Source: a virus | Reading direction: 5' to 3' (one strand) | Length of the DNA: 64,000 nt | IMG/VR virus record: IMGVR_UViG_3300046318_000520 | Location: 32,001-96,000 of that record | In this document: positions 50,853 through 58,991 of the stretch, in pieces | Layout of the letters: each line of letters starts with the position of its first letter | Numbering within the stretch: position 1 is the first letter of the stretch | Notes under the pieces: model-generated | Told to the model about the DNA's origin: nothing | The model's database searches: none | What the model saw: the letters and a program-made list of their open reading frames with translations, nothing else | Position numbers and translations under genes: made by a program

Positions 50853-51569
50853 TTACCAGTTAATACAAAAATGTTTACCATTATTCTGTTGAATAATTTC
50901 ATTGACCCTATTAAAAAGATCTCCGCTGTCCCACACTCCGCCACTATAAGCAGCAGATGCCGGATGAGAAGCTTTTAATATGTAATGATTATCTCCAATT
51001 ATACTTTCCAGTTCCTGGGCTTTCTTACCCAGCAAGCAGAAAATAAGGCCTGAGTTAGTCAGGCTTAGCATATCTATCAAATAGGCAATGAATTCTTGCC
51101 ATATATCATAATGAGAACCTATCTTGTCTATTTGACAAGTGAGTGCTGTGTTAATAAGAAGCACGCCCTGGTTTGCCCAGCGGGTCAGGTCAGGATCCTG
51201 GTCAAAGACACCGTCTTTGTAAACTGTTTTTTCTATCTCATCAAAGATTTTCTGCAAACTAGCCTGTGGTTTCATAGTCATACCGCAGCTAAAAGCCATG
51301 CCGTCAGCTACACCCAGGTAAGGATAAGGATCCTGTCCTATGATTACCACTTTAAGCTGGTTTACAGGAGATTCTTCAAAGGCTTTAAACACATGTTTAA
51401 GAGGCGGTGTAAATCTTTTACCATCTTCACGCAGCTGATACAGTGTCTCCAAAATCCTATCAAAGTCACTGGACATAATAAAAGACCTAAGTTTGACAGC
51501 CCAGCCAGAGGGCGTGAGTTTTTCTATCAGCTTGGTCTTAATTTCTTGAAGGTCTACAGTTTGTATCAC
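50853..51569 (-). CDS. ung: Uracil-DNA glycosylase (family 1)
   Basis: GQDPY, A.G.AFS, WA.QGVLL.N..LT, SHPAS. Confidence 0.92.
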   Translation of the reverse strand: MIQTVDLQEIKTKLIEKLTPSGWAVKLRSFIMSSDFDRILETLYQLREDGKRFTPPLKHVFKAFEESPVNQLKVVIIGQDPYPYLGVADGMAFSCGMTMKPQASLQKIFDEIEKTVYKDGVFDQDPDLTRWANQGVLLINTALTCQIDKIGSHYDIWQEFIAYLIDMLSLTNSGLIFCLLGKKAQELESIIGDNHYILKASHPASAAYSGGVWDSGDLFNRVNEIIQQNNGKHFCINW

Positions 51570-51604
51570 AAAAGTTCTTTATTTTTGTTATTAAATTCTA
51601 CAAT

Positions 51605-51892
51605 ATGGCTACCTATACAGGCATCAAAACAGAAAGCACTTTTCCAATTACAGTAGGAGGAGGGACCCTGGTCAATCTTCAGAAACTGTTATTATATATT
51701 CTTGCTGATAAAACAGAACAAGAAATCAATGAAGCTTTTGAAAAGATCCTGAAAAAACAGTTTGATGAAGAATGGATAGAACACTATGCTTTTCTTGCAG
51801 CTATGATCAACGTCATAGAGAGTGCAGCCCGTGAAAAAGGACTCACTGTTGAAGAAAACCTAGATGAACAATCTAATAAACAAGAAAATTAA
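51605..51892 (+). CDS. Hypothetical protein (isolated + strand gene)
   Basis: Fills the gap between UDG and 51873; protein-like composition. Confidence 0.6.
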   Translation: MATYTGIKTESTFPITVGGGTLVNLQKLLLYILADKTEQEINEAFEKILKKQFDEEWIEHYAFLAAMINVIESAAREKGLTVEENLDEQSNKQEN

Positions 51893-52268
51893 CGTCCTCA
51901 CCAATCTCCATAGCAGCCTGAATAGCCAGGGAAAGTTCCTCACGGGAACATTCACCAAAGCTTTTAGCCAGGAAATACTCTTTTCCTGCCACTTGCCTGG
52001 CTATACATAAGCCAGCACGGTCCTTTACCAGGATCTTCATGTTTTCTACTGTCTCTCCAATATGAATGGCCAGCTGACGTATGATTACGTGCAGTTTGGC
52101 CAGTTGTGGCAGAGTACCATCATCGTGTTGCACTTCATAGAAGCACTCCACTATACTACCTTCCGGTATGTGCGTGACATACATCTCCTCCTGTTTTGAT
52201 ACAGCAGCAGACAGAGGTCTTAACAAACCTTCTCTTTTAATAAACTTACCTGTGAAGTGATGTGTCAT
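51873..52268 (-). CDS. Hypothetical protein (NinB-like possible)
   Basis: T..QLAKLH..IR.LA...G pattern. Confidence 0.55.
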   Translation of the reverse strand: MTHHFTGKFIKREGLLRPLSAAVSKQEEMYVTHIPEGSIVECFYEVQHDDGTLPQLAKLHVIIRQLAIHIGETVENMKILVKDRAGLCIARQVAGKEYFLAKSFGECSREELSLAIQAAMEIGEDVNFLVY

Positions 52269-52277
52269 ATTACTTTT

Positions 52278-53381
52278 TTAGGCGTATTCAAAATGCTTGA
52301 TTTTTTCCTGGTCAAGATCTTTAAGAGCTTCTTTTACCCAGCGTTCATCTACCGTGTTCTTGTAACACAGGATGTGTACAATAGCAGTGTCATCAGGGTT
52401 AAGTCTAAGTAACCTGCCTATACGCTGATTAGACTTTCTCTCATTACCATATGCATGCATGATTATTCCGGCCCGAAGATTGGGAATATTAATACCCTCG
52501 TTGAGCTGCATTACACAGGAGAGCTGAGTTATTTCATCTCTTTTAAACTTGTCAAGATTAATTTCTGAATCAGCATTACCTGAGTGATAGGAATCTTTAC
52601 AGATACGGTCTGCCTGGTCCTGCGTATTACAAAAGGCAATACACTTGTCCTCTATTTCTGATAATAGATTCTTAGTATAGTGTTCTTTGGTTCTGAAGTC
52701 CATGATGACACGCATTCTCATGACAGATGATATCTGTTCTTCTTTTTTACTTTGTGCACGCATGATCCGGTCCGTCCAGTAGCCATAGCTTTTTTGCTCA
52801 GATGTATAAAACGTACCGTTTTTTGTTTTAACAGGGAAGTTATTCTCTGAAGACAAAGAAAGATAGTGCACTATGATACGGTAGTCATTAAGGATCTGGT
52901 CATCTACAGCATCGTCTGTTATATAGGTATATAGAACAGGACAATACCTGGAAACCATTTGACCTTTCTCACTTTGAGCATATCTGGGCGGAGTACCTGT
53001 GAGACCCAGTATTCTTTCCTTATATTGCACAAGAAAAAGATTATGGGAATATAACAAACTATGACACTCGTCCAGTATGACAATGTCATAGTTAACGGGA
53101 TCAAACTTATTCAAAGACAAATACGTAGTGAATTCTACGTTTTCTAAACTGATACCGAACTTTTCAGCATCTGATCTCCAGGAATCAAAGATGCTCAACT
53201 TAGGTGCTACGACTAATATCTTTAGCTTACCCATATTGAGATCCTGATAATGACTCATATACTTTAAACCAATAAGTGTTTTACCGACCCCCATGCTCAC
53301 AGCCAAACCTGCTCTTTTGTATTTAAAAGCTACTTCTAAAGCCTCAGCTTGTATACTGTCTCTTGTATTTTTTTGTTTCAC
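52278..53381 (-). CDS. SF2 (DEAH-like) helicase
   Basis: SMGVGKT, DECH, LTGT, EGINIP, QRIGRLLR. Confidence 0.88.
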   Translation of the reverse strand: MKQKNTRDSIQAEALEVAFKYKRAGLAVSMGVGKTLIGLKYMSHYQDLNMGKLKILVVAPKLSIFDSWRSDAEKFGISLENVEFTTYLSLNKFDPVNYDIVILDECHSLLYSHNLFLVQYKERILGLTGTPPRYAQSEKGQMVSRYCPVLYTYITDDAVDDQILNDYRIIVHYLSLSSENNFPVKTKNGTFYTSEQKSYGYWTDRIMRAQSKKEEQISSVMRMRVIMDFRTKEHYTKNLLSEIEDKCIAFCNTQDQADRICKDSYHSGNADSEINLDKFKRDEITQLSCVMQLNEGINIPNLRAGIIMHAYGNERKSNQRIGRLLRLNPDDTAIVHILCYKNTVDERWVKEALKDLDQEKIKHFEYA

Positions 53382-54006
53382 ATAACTGTTTTTTAGTTAT
53401 ACATTCTTGTTCTGGTCTTAATAGAAAATGATTTTTGTATCTACTAACAACTCTTTTTCCTTTAAGATTTATAGTACCGTTTACTACTGCTTGAGAATGG
53501 TTAAGCCCTGGATAAAGCTTTTCTAGTTTTTTACCAGCAGCTCTTTCAGACTCATATGTTCCTATACAGTTACAATTAATATCATAAATAACTACAGGTT
53601 TTTTCTTATCGTCATGAGTAGGATATTTAAGAAGTCCTAACAACTTTTGTTGTTTAAGCGTAGCTGAGGATTTTCTTCTAGACTCTTCAGAAGGAGTATT
53701 CCTAATAACCTCTAGCGTAATGTTGTATACTGGTTTTAAATTATTAATATACTCCTGCTCTTTTTGAGTCAGAAGTTTTACAGGAACTTCTTCAAGAATT
53801 AAAACATCAAAATGGTCTTGACCATGCTTATTGTAGCTATTTTGGAGATACGGATTAGCATGAATACCACGTTGTAACTCTGATTGGTGGCGTTTTAATC
53901 TGTAATAAATATTCTTACTACTACCGATGTACTGCTTTTTGTTCTTGATATTAGTTATACAGTAAATACCACAGATTTTTAAGCCAAAAGATCTAGAAAT
54001 GTTCAT
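53344..54006 (-). CDS. GIY-YIG homing endonuclease
   Basis: GIYCI...YIGSS.N...R...H...N..LQ....K.G, E, YN; NUMOD-like C-terminal part. Confidence 0.9.
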   Translation of the reverse strand: MNISRSFGLKICGIYCITNIKNKKQYIGSSKNIYYRLKRHQSELQRGIHANPYLQNSYNKHGQDHFDVLILEEVPVKLLTQKEQEYINNLKPVYNITLEVIRNTPSEESRRKSSATLKQQKLLGLLKYPTHDDKKKPVVIYDINCNCIGTYESERAAGKKLEKLYPGLNHSQAVVNGTINLKGKRVVSRYKNHFLLRPEQECITKKQLCETKKYKRQYTS

Positions 54007-54021
54007 AGGATTTAGGTTTAG

Positions 54022-54037
54022 TCTACAATATAATATA
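54022..54037 (-). promoter_or_regulatory. Putative late promoter carried by the GIY-YIG cassette
   Basis: TATATTATATTGTAGA on the minus strand, 15 nt before the ATG. Confidence 0.5.
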
Positions 54038-54148
54038 CTTAAAATGTAGAACTTTTACAAATAAACCCATGGAAATTCCCAAACCGCAACGTTTATTATT
54101 AAACGCTACGGTGAGAGCTTCCTGTTGGATCTCGTCTCTTTTAGACAT
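54023..54148 (-). pseudogene. Orphaned original helicase N-terminus (28 homologous codons + 13 read-through codons)
   Basis: MSKRDEIQQEALTVAFNNKRCGLGISMG aligns with helicase RDSIQAEALEVAFKYKRAGLAVSMG; ATG overlaps the stop of ORF 54141..54419. Confidence 0.8.
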
Positions 54149-54419
54149 ATTGTACGGTGTTTATACGAGCATGTAAGAATGCTGATACAATGATGTTTAA
54201 ATAACGAAGACAGGTTGTGTCAGCACGGTTAATAGCAGCATATAAATCATTATTACATACTGCTCGTACAAAATCCCCACCTGTCAACACACCATCTCTG
54301 TGCATCATTACAGATCTGACAATATCAGTAAGATGTAATTCTGGTTCAACATGCCAATTGCTAATAATTTCTTTGGCTTTCTGCGTATATGCATCTCTAA
54401 GCTCATCGTAATTATCCAT
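54141..54419 (-). CDS. Hypothetical protein
   Basis: GDFV.AV..NDL..A..RAD motif. Confidence 0.6.
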   Translation of the reverse strand: MDNYDELRDAYTQKAKEIISNWHVEPELHLTDIVRSVMMHRDGVLTGGDFVRAVCNNDLYAAINRADTTCLRYLNIIVSAFLHARINTVQYV

Positions 54420-54765
54420 TGTATAAAGATTTTAGAATTTCATCCCTTGATATAAAATCTACGTTTTGTTCCACCTCTTCCAGTGTAATAACACAGTCTA
54501 CAGTTTCACCTTCTTCATCTACACCTACAATGAGCCCGTTACCTGCAAAAGGCTGGTGAGCTCCCTTATAAGTAAAGAAGTGATCACATGGTTTCAGAAG
54601 TCCTTCTTCATCAACCAGTATGCTATCCTGATCTGTAATATAATAAGCTGTTTCAACCATGTCTGCTTTTAAAGCATAATACCACTGATCCAGCATGTCT
54701 TTTTTATCATTGAGCTTTAGTTCTTTTACAGTTTTGTTAAATGCATCAATTAATATTGCTTTCAT
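54412..54765 (-). CDS. DUF3846-like protein
   Basis: VDEEGLL, FAGNGLIVG.DEEGE. Confidence 0.65.
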   Translation of the reverse strand: MKAILIDAFNKTVKELKLNDKKDMLDQWYYALKADMVETAYYITDQDSILVDEEGLLKPCDHFFTYKGAHQPFAGNGLIVGVDEEGETVDCVITLEEVEQNVDFISRDEILKSLYNG

Positions 54766-54770
54766 ACTTG

Positions 54771-55634
54771 TTAATTTAGTAGTTCTGAAATACCAGGCGT
54801 TTCTTGAGGTAGCATTTTAGCTTTACGGATATAACCATGCTTTTCAAAGCTGTCTATGTAGATCAATTTTCTTTCTGAATGACCTGTTCCACAAGCTTGT
54901 AAACGCAGGTGTCCTTTGACTAAAAACCCTTCGGTTTTTATAATGGAAGTATACCAGCTGGAATCTATAATATGAACGTTTTGCTTATTCGGGTTTTTAT
55001 ACTGAACATTATTCACTTTACCGGTAGACTTACCCATTACAACCTTTAGTTCATGATCAGCATAGCTTCTGAACATTACCATCAAACCTGTACCATCACC
55101 CATTTGTATCAAACTGTTTATTAAGTCATTACCCGCATCATCAAGAGATAGTCCTATAGGGCAATACATCTTATAAACATCTGTATAAGCACAGTCTTTA
55201 TGCATACCTATGTTCTTACGGGAGAAACCCAGGATATCTTCTACGAAAGATACAGTTGACATAGTGCGTTTCTCTTTGTCAATCTTATAAAACATAGCTA
55301 CCTTGTTTCTTAAAATAATTCCAGTTGTATATTTTAAGTTTTTAAACATGTAGTCCGGATCTTTTTCAAAAGCTATCCGTAAAGATTCTTTTGACAGTTC
55401 TACGGCCCTAATAAAACTTTCTGCGGGCATGGTTATGTTCTTTCTAAACTCATCCATGTTTTCTCTAAGAAAAGATTTGATTTCAGATGCTGACCAGACA
55501 TATTCAGGAGACATTTTCTGAGTTCCATCAGGTTCTGAAAACCCAACATAAGGTGTTGGTTTGTAATGAGTGAAATCCATTGGACCATTTAGTATACTGA
55601 GAATAGGATACTTATCAATTTTATCTGACATCAT
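54771..55634 (-). CDS. Hypothetical phage protein
   Basis: C-terminal VKGHLRLQ.CG...RKLIYI..F.K motif. Confidence 0.65.
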   Translation of the reverse strand: MMSDKIDKYPILSILNGPMDFTHYKPTPYVGFSEPDGTQKMSPEYVWSASEIKSFLRENMDEFRKNITMPAESFIRAVELSKESLRIAFEKDPDYMFKNLKYTTGIILRNKVAMFYKIDKEKRTMSTVSFVEDILGFSRKNIGMHKDCAYTDVYKMYCPIGLSLDDAGNDLINSLIQMGDGTGLMVMFRSYADHELKVVMGKSTGKVNNVQYKNPNKQNVHIIDSSWYTSIIKTEGFLVKGHLRLQACGTGHSERKLIYIDSFEKHGYIRKAKMLPQETPGISELLN

Positions 55635-55639
55635 AAGAT

Positions 55640-56026
55640 TTAGTTTAAACGGTTCTCTGAATAACCAAGTTCTTTGGCTTCTGCAGGATTCATTTCAATC
55701 CAGCTGTGGCAAGACCGGCATACAGCCAACCATGAAGAGATCACATTGTGATTTTCTCCACGGCCAGCTTTATGGTGTATGTCAGTAGCTGCTAGGGTAC
55801 AGTTTAATAAACGGGCCTGACAATGAGAGTGAAGTGCTAGAAACGCAACGCGTTTTTTGCTGTATTCATCCATAGTCTTTTGCATTTTGCTTGATACAGG
55901 GGCAATAGCTTTAGGCTTTTCTATTTTATACCAGCATTCCTTGCAGTATTTTTCTTTACCGTGACTCTTCCAGATCTGTTTGAGCTGCTTGCAACCATGG
56001 CATGCTTTCAATTTGACTTGTATCAT
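55640..56026 (-). CDS. Zn-binding HNH/NinG-like protein
   Basis: CHGC, CKEC, C....C, DIHH..GR, VCRSCH. Likely start is MIQVK at 56026. Confidence 0.7.
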   Translation of the reverse strand: MIQVKLKACHGCKQLKQIWKSHGKEKYCKECWYKIEKPKAIAPVSSKMQKTMDEYSKKRVAFLALHSHCQARLLNCTLAATDIHHKAGRGENHNVISSWLAVCRSCHSWIEMNPAEAKELGYSENRLN

Positions 56027-56213
56027 AGTTAGTTTTCTTACGGATGATGACGCCGTCTTTGACGGATTTACCAAGAATACCCACCGGCTGACGGATGTAG
56101 GCAATTTCTACTGGTCCATCAGAAAGTATCCTGTCAAGAAGTAAACGGTCTACTTCGTTTTCTGGAATAAGAACCAGCTGCGTAGTACCATTTGCTATAA
56201 ACACGTGTTCCAT
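55956..56213 (-). CDS. Hypothetical protein
   Basis: ORF in operon. Confidence 0.5.
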   Translation of the reverse strand: MEHVFIANGTTQLVLIPENEVDRLLLDRILSDGPVEIAYIRQPVGILGKSVKDGVIIRKKTNYDTSQIESMPWLQAAQTDLEESR

Positions 56214-56214
56214 T

Positions 56215-56733
56215 TTATTGTGGTTTAATACCTAATTCAAAGAAGTTTTCCGGTAGAAGTCCTTCGTTGACAAGTTTGTGAGCAATATGAACTTGATTAA
56301 TGCCAAGTTCTTTAAAAGATTGAGTGGACGATATTTTACCTTCTGGTTTCACAGTGGTAATAGCTTTAATAATTGGACTGTTAGGAAAAATAGTCAGTAG
56401 TATATTATCCAGTTTAGAATAAACCACTTCCGTTTTCCAACGATTAAGTGTTTCCTGGATCTGCTGGTGCTTTTCCTGGAGAGTAGAGCGTTTGGTCTTT
56501 GGCATACGCTGTATTTCATCTTCTGTATAGAAGTTTAGACCATACACTGTCTTAGCATAGATTCTTTGCTGTATCTTATTGAACACTGGCCTGGATATTT
56601 CCTGATATCTGGGTTGTTGTTCAGCTTGATACGTTTCCTTGTACTCAAGGAATTGATAACGGTTGCTTTCTCTAAATGAGATTATAATACCTTCTGCTGT
56701 GGCACAGACGGTTTTGTTTGGGTTGTATTTCAT
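56215..56733 (-). CDS. Hypothetical protein
   Basis: ORF preceded by a TAGATTTG promoter-like element. Confidence 0.65.
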   Translation of the reverse strand: MKYNPNKTVCATAEGIIISFRESNRYQFLEYKETYQAEQQPRYQEISRPVFNKIQQRIYAKTVYGLNFYTEDEIQRMPKTKRSTLQEKHQQIQETLNRWKTEVVYSKLDNILLTIFPNSPIIKAITTVKPEGKISSTQSFKELGINQVHIAHKLVNEGLLPENFFELGIKPQ

Positions 56734-56800
56734 AACCTTACAATTATTAGGTAAAAGGAATAAAAGTCTACAAATCTAATACAAGTTCTACATAAATAGA

Positions 56801-56833
56801 AGAGAGGATCTGGATTTTATCCAGATCCTCTCT
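56801..56833. terminator. Perfect 15-bp hairpin (terminator or processing site)
   Basis: AGAGAGGATCTGGAT-ttt-ATCCAGATCCTCTCT. Confidence 0.7.
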
Positions 56834-56861
56834 AATATAATAATAAAAGTTCTCTAACTAA

Positions 56862-57329
56862 TTAGAGTTCAGCTCGGCTGGGTCTAAGCCTACCAATAGC
56901 TTTTTGTGCAGCCATAACTTCTTTAATCTCAGTGCTATTATTATGCGTAATGAGTTCATCATGTGCATTCTCATTGAGGGTATAAAAAGTCTGGCGGTAA
57001 ATAGGCATATCATCTACCCGGCAAATAATACCTGTGCTACCTGCTATTTTCAGGTCACGGTCAGGATTTTCTGCATTAAAAGGCTCAAAAGATTCTCTGA
57101 CAACAATTTTACCAGCCAGCTCAAAGCCATCGTGATAATTTACTTCCAGCAGATCTTCTACTTTACCTTTAAGAAGAGCAAAACGCTTAGAAAGTCTAAG
57201 CCAGCCTTCATCATTAACCTGGGTTACAACTTGTTCAAGTCTTACGTAACCATACTCCGGATTGTTTTGTGATACGTTGATCACAGTACCTGCTTCATTA
57301 GCAACTACTTTTACTTTACTGTTTTTCAT
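56862..57329 (-). CDS. Conserved crAss-like early protein
   Basis: S..NPEYGYVR, G.IVV.ES..PF, K.AG.TG..C....PIYR; start MKNSKV at 57329. Confidence 0.65.
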   Translation of the reverse strand: MKNSKVKVVANEAGTVINVSQNNPEYGYVRLEQVVTQVNDEGWLRLSKRFALLKGKVEDLLEVNYHDGFELAGKIVVRESFEPFNAENPDRDLKIAGSTGIICRVDDMPIYRQTFYTLNENAHDELITHNNSTEIKEVMAAQKAIGRLRPSRAEL

Positions 57330-57358
57330 ACAGTGTGTTTGTTTAAATGTTAGGAAAT

Positions 57359-57390
57359 AAAAAAAGCCCCTGGTTAAATAACCAAGGGCT
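57359..57390 (-). terminator. Intrinsic terminator
   Basis: A-run plus GCCCCTGGTTA-aa-TAACCAAGGGC stem. Confidence 0.7.
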
Positions 57391-57414
57391 ATGCGCGTTA
57401 AAAAAGTAGATCTT

Positions 57415-57663
57415 TCAATCCTTTTCAGGATCAAAGTCTATATCGGAGTCCGTAGATTTGTCGTCATCATATGATTCTGTGAGATCAGGGCGGATACTGC
57501 TTTCAGAAGGAGGTTGTTTGAGTAGTACTGAACCAAACCAGGGATTTTCTAAAACTTCCCCATAGTTATAGGCAATGAGGTACTCAAGTTCTTCATCTGT
57601 CATTTCAATATACTGCTCTGTACTGATCTCAATCACCTTTCCATTTGGTAATTGGTAGAGCAT
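57415..57663 (-). CDS. Hypothetical acidic protein
   Basis: MLYQLPNGK start; acidic tail. Confidence 0.65.
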   Translation of the reverse strand: MLYQLPNGKVIEISTEQYIEMTDEELEYLIAYNYGEVLENPWFGSVLLKQPPSESSIRPDLTESYDDDKSTDSDIDFDPEKD

Positions 57664-57741
57664 AAGGTTAGCATTTACTATAAAGCTAACATCTACAATC
57701 AGTTCTACAAAATATTGAAAACTAAAGTGCGGACTATAGAG

Positions 57742-57927
57742 CTATAACTTTTTAGACTCAGGACCAAAACGCTGTAAATTGGCAAATTTCTTCTTCCAAT
57801 ACGCGTTTGTCTTATTGATGTCTTCTTGTCTTTTCAGTAGCTTTTCTTTAAGCTCTGAGTTTTCTTTCTCCAGTTCTTGTATACGTTTTGAATATTTGGG
57901 TACGAGGCTGAATAATTTGTCAAGCAT
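57742..57927 (-). CDS. Small coiled-coil protein
   Basis: Heptad-rich, 61 aa. Confidence 0.55.
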   Translation of the reverse strand: MLDKLFSLVPKYSKRIQELEKENSELKEKLLKRQEDINKTNAYWKKKFANLQRFGPESKKL

Positions 57928-57929
57928 AA

Positions 57930-58358
57930 TTAAAATGTGATCTCAACAAGTCCTCTTTTAATGTGTACTTTTTTGGCTTGTAAGATATTTACTTCCAGTT
58001 CATTAATTCGGAAAACAAAACCTTCAGTTCCTAATACAGGACTAAGATCAGGTGCTTGTGCTACTGTTTTCTTAACAGATACACTTGACCTGGCTTGTTT
58101 TACTGTTTCAGTAATTCTGTCTGTTGCTGCACGCATTTCACTAAGATTCATTGCAGGTGCTGTAGTCTTTCTTGATTTAGTCCTGCTTCTTCTTTTGCGG
58201 GCAAGAATACCTGCGTCTACTAATTTAGCCCTGATGGCGTTAACCCTACCTAGGGTAGTTTCTGTTAATGCTGCTGTTTCTTTAACAGTAATTCCTGACA
58301 GCAATAGATCTGTTAAATCTTTCTTTTTCTCTTGTGAGAGTTTTGAAATCCGACTCAT
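57930..58358 (-). CDS. HTH DNA-binding protein (paralog of 58439..58786)
   Basis: LS.E.K..L..LL.SG.TV.E.A....T....V...R HTH; shared C-terminal beta domain. Confidence 0.65.
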   Translation of the reverse strand: MSRISKLSQEKKKDLTDLLLSGITVKETAALTETTLGRVNAIRAKLVDAGILARKRRSRTKSRKTTAPAMNLSEMRAATDRITETVKQARSSVSVKKTVAQAPDLSPVLGTEGFVFRINELEVNILQAKKVHIKRGLVEITF

Positions 58359-58387
58359 AAACGAACTGTTTATTGGTTTGAGGTAAT

Positions 58388-58417
58388 AAAAAAAGGGTAC
58401 CCGTTGGGATACCCTTT
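58388..58417 (-). terminator. Intrinsic terminator
   Basis: A-run plus AAAGGGTA...TACCCTTT stem. Confidence 0.7.
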
Positions 58418-58438
58418 CATGAAAATTTAGCTAAGCTC

Positions 58439-58786
58439 TTAAAAATTAATTTCTATCTTATCTTTTCCTATCGTGACATTCTTGGCCTGATCAGATATCT
58501 GTACAGATATTCCGTTCACTACAAACTTAAATCCATCCTGTTGTGCTAAAGAGTTTACCGATTGAACAGTGTTGTTAATGTTGCTTATAGGTTCTACTGA
58601 ACCAGTGGGACGTTTTCCTCTTACAGAAGGAAACTTTAGTCCCTGGCTTTTAAACCGGTTCTTGTAATTATGTACACTGGAAATAGCCATTCCAAATGCT
58701 TTTGCAATGTCTTCTGGTGCTGTACCTTTTGCAACCATTGTCTTCATTTGCTGTATTTCTGCAGCTGTAAGACGTTTGTTAGCCAT
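58439..58786 (-). CDS. HTH DNA-binding protein
   Basis: LT..E...M..M...G....DIA..FG...SSV..Y HTH; start MANKR at 58786. Confidence 0.7.
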   Translation of the reverse strand: MANKRLTAAEIQQMKTMVAKGTAPEDIAKAFGMAISSVHNYKNRFKSQGLKFPSVRGKRPTGSVEPISNINNTVQSVNSLAQQDGFKFVVNGISVQISDQAKNVTIGKDKIEINF

Positions 58787-58875
58787 ACGTTTTATTTGTT
58801 TTACAATATTACAATTTTTCACATAAAATTTGGATTTTACTATATTTACATATACAATTTCTATTAACAATGCCT

Positions 58876-58971
58876 TGTAACTGATTGATTATCAAAGCGT
58901 TTATCTGCCTTACAAGCAGAGGGTCGGCGGTTCAAACCCGTCAACTCCCACCTGATAATCAAGTAGTTACA
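58876..58971 (+). other. attP: 3' portion of tRNA-Val(TAC) (58903-58952) flanked by 19-bp inverted repeats
   Basis: TCTGC-CTTACAA-GCAGA anticodon arm, GGCGG-TTCAAAC-CCGTC T arm, AACTCCCA acceptor 3' strand; no 5' acceptor strand or D arm; ends 20 bp before the integrase. Confidence 0.85.
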
Positions 58972-58991
58972 CGGTTTACTTAAACTAAAAG

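Larger units (their letters stand above)
53289..54064 (-). mobile_element. Homing-endonuclease cassette inserted in the helicase Walker A region
   Basis: Bounded by duplicated helicase N-terminal coding segments (...ISMG| upstream, ...VSMG|VGKT downstream); contains a promoter motif and a GIY-YIG ORF. Confidence 0.75.

Noticed and set aside
53289-54064. Group I intron carrying the GIY-YIG gene
   Set aside because: The junctions are compatible (exon ending in U, insert ending in G), but almost all of the insert is coding with no room for a ribozyme core. A duplicated N-terminus also makes splicing unnecessary.
58903-58952. Functional phage tRNA-Val(TAC)
   Set aside because: No 5' acceptor strand (GGGAGTT) or D arm upstream; it is better explained as an attP core.
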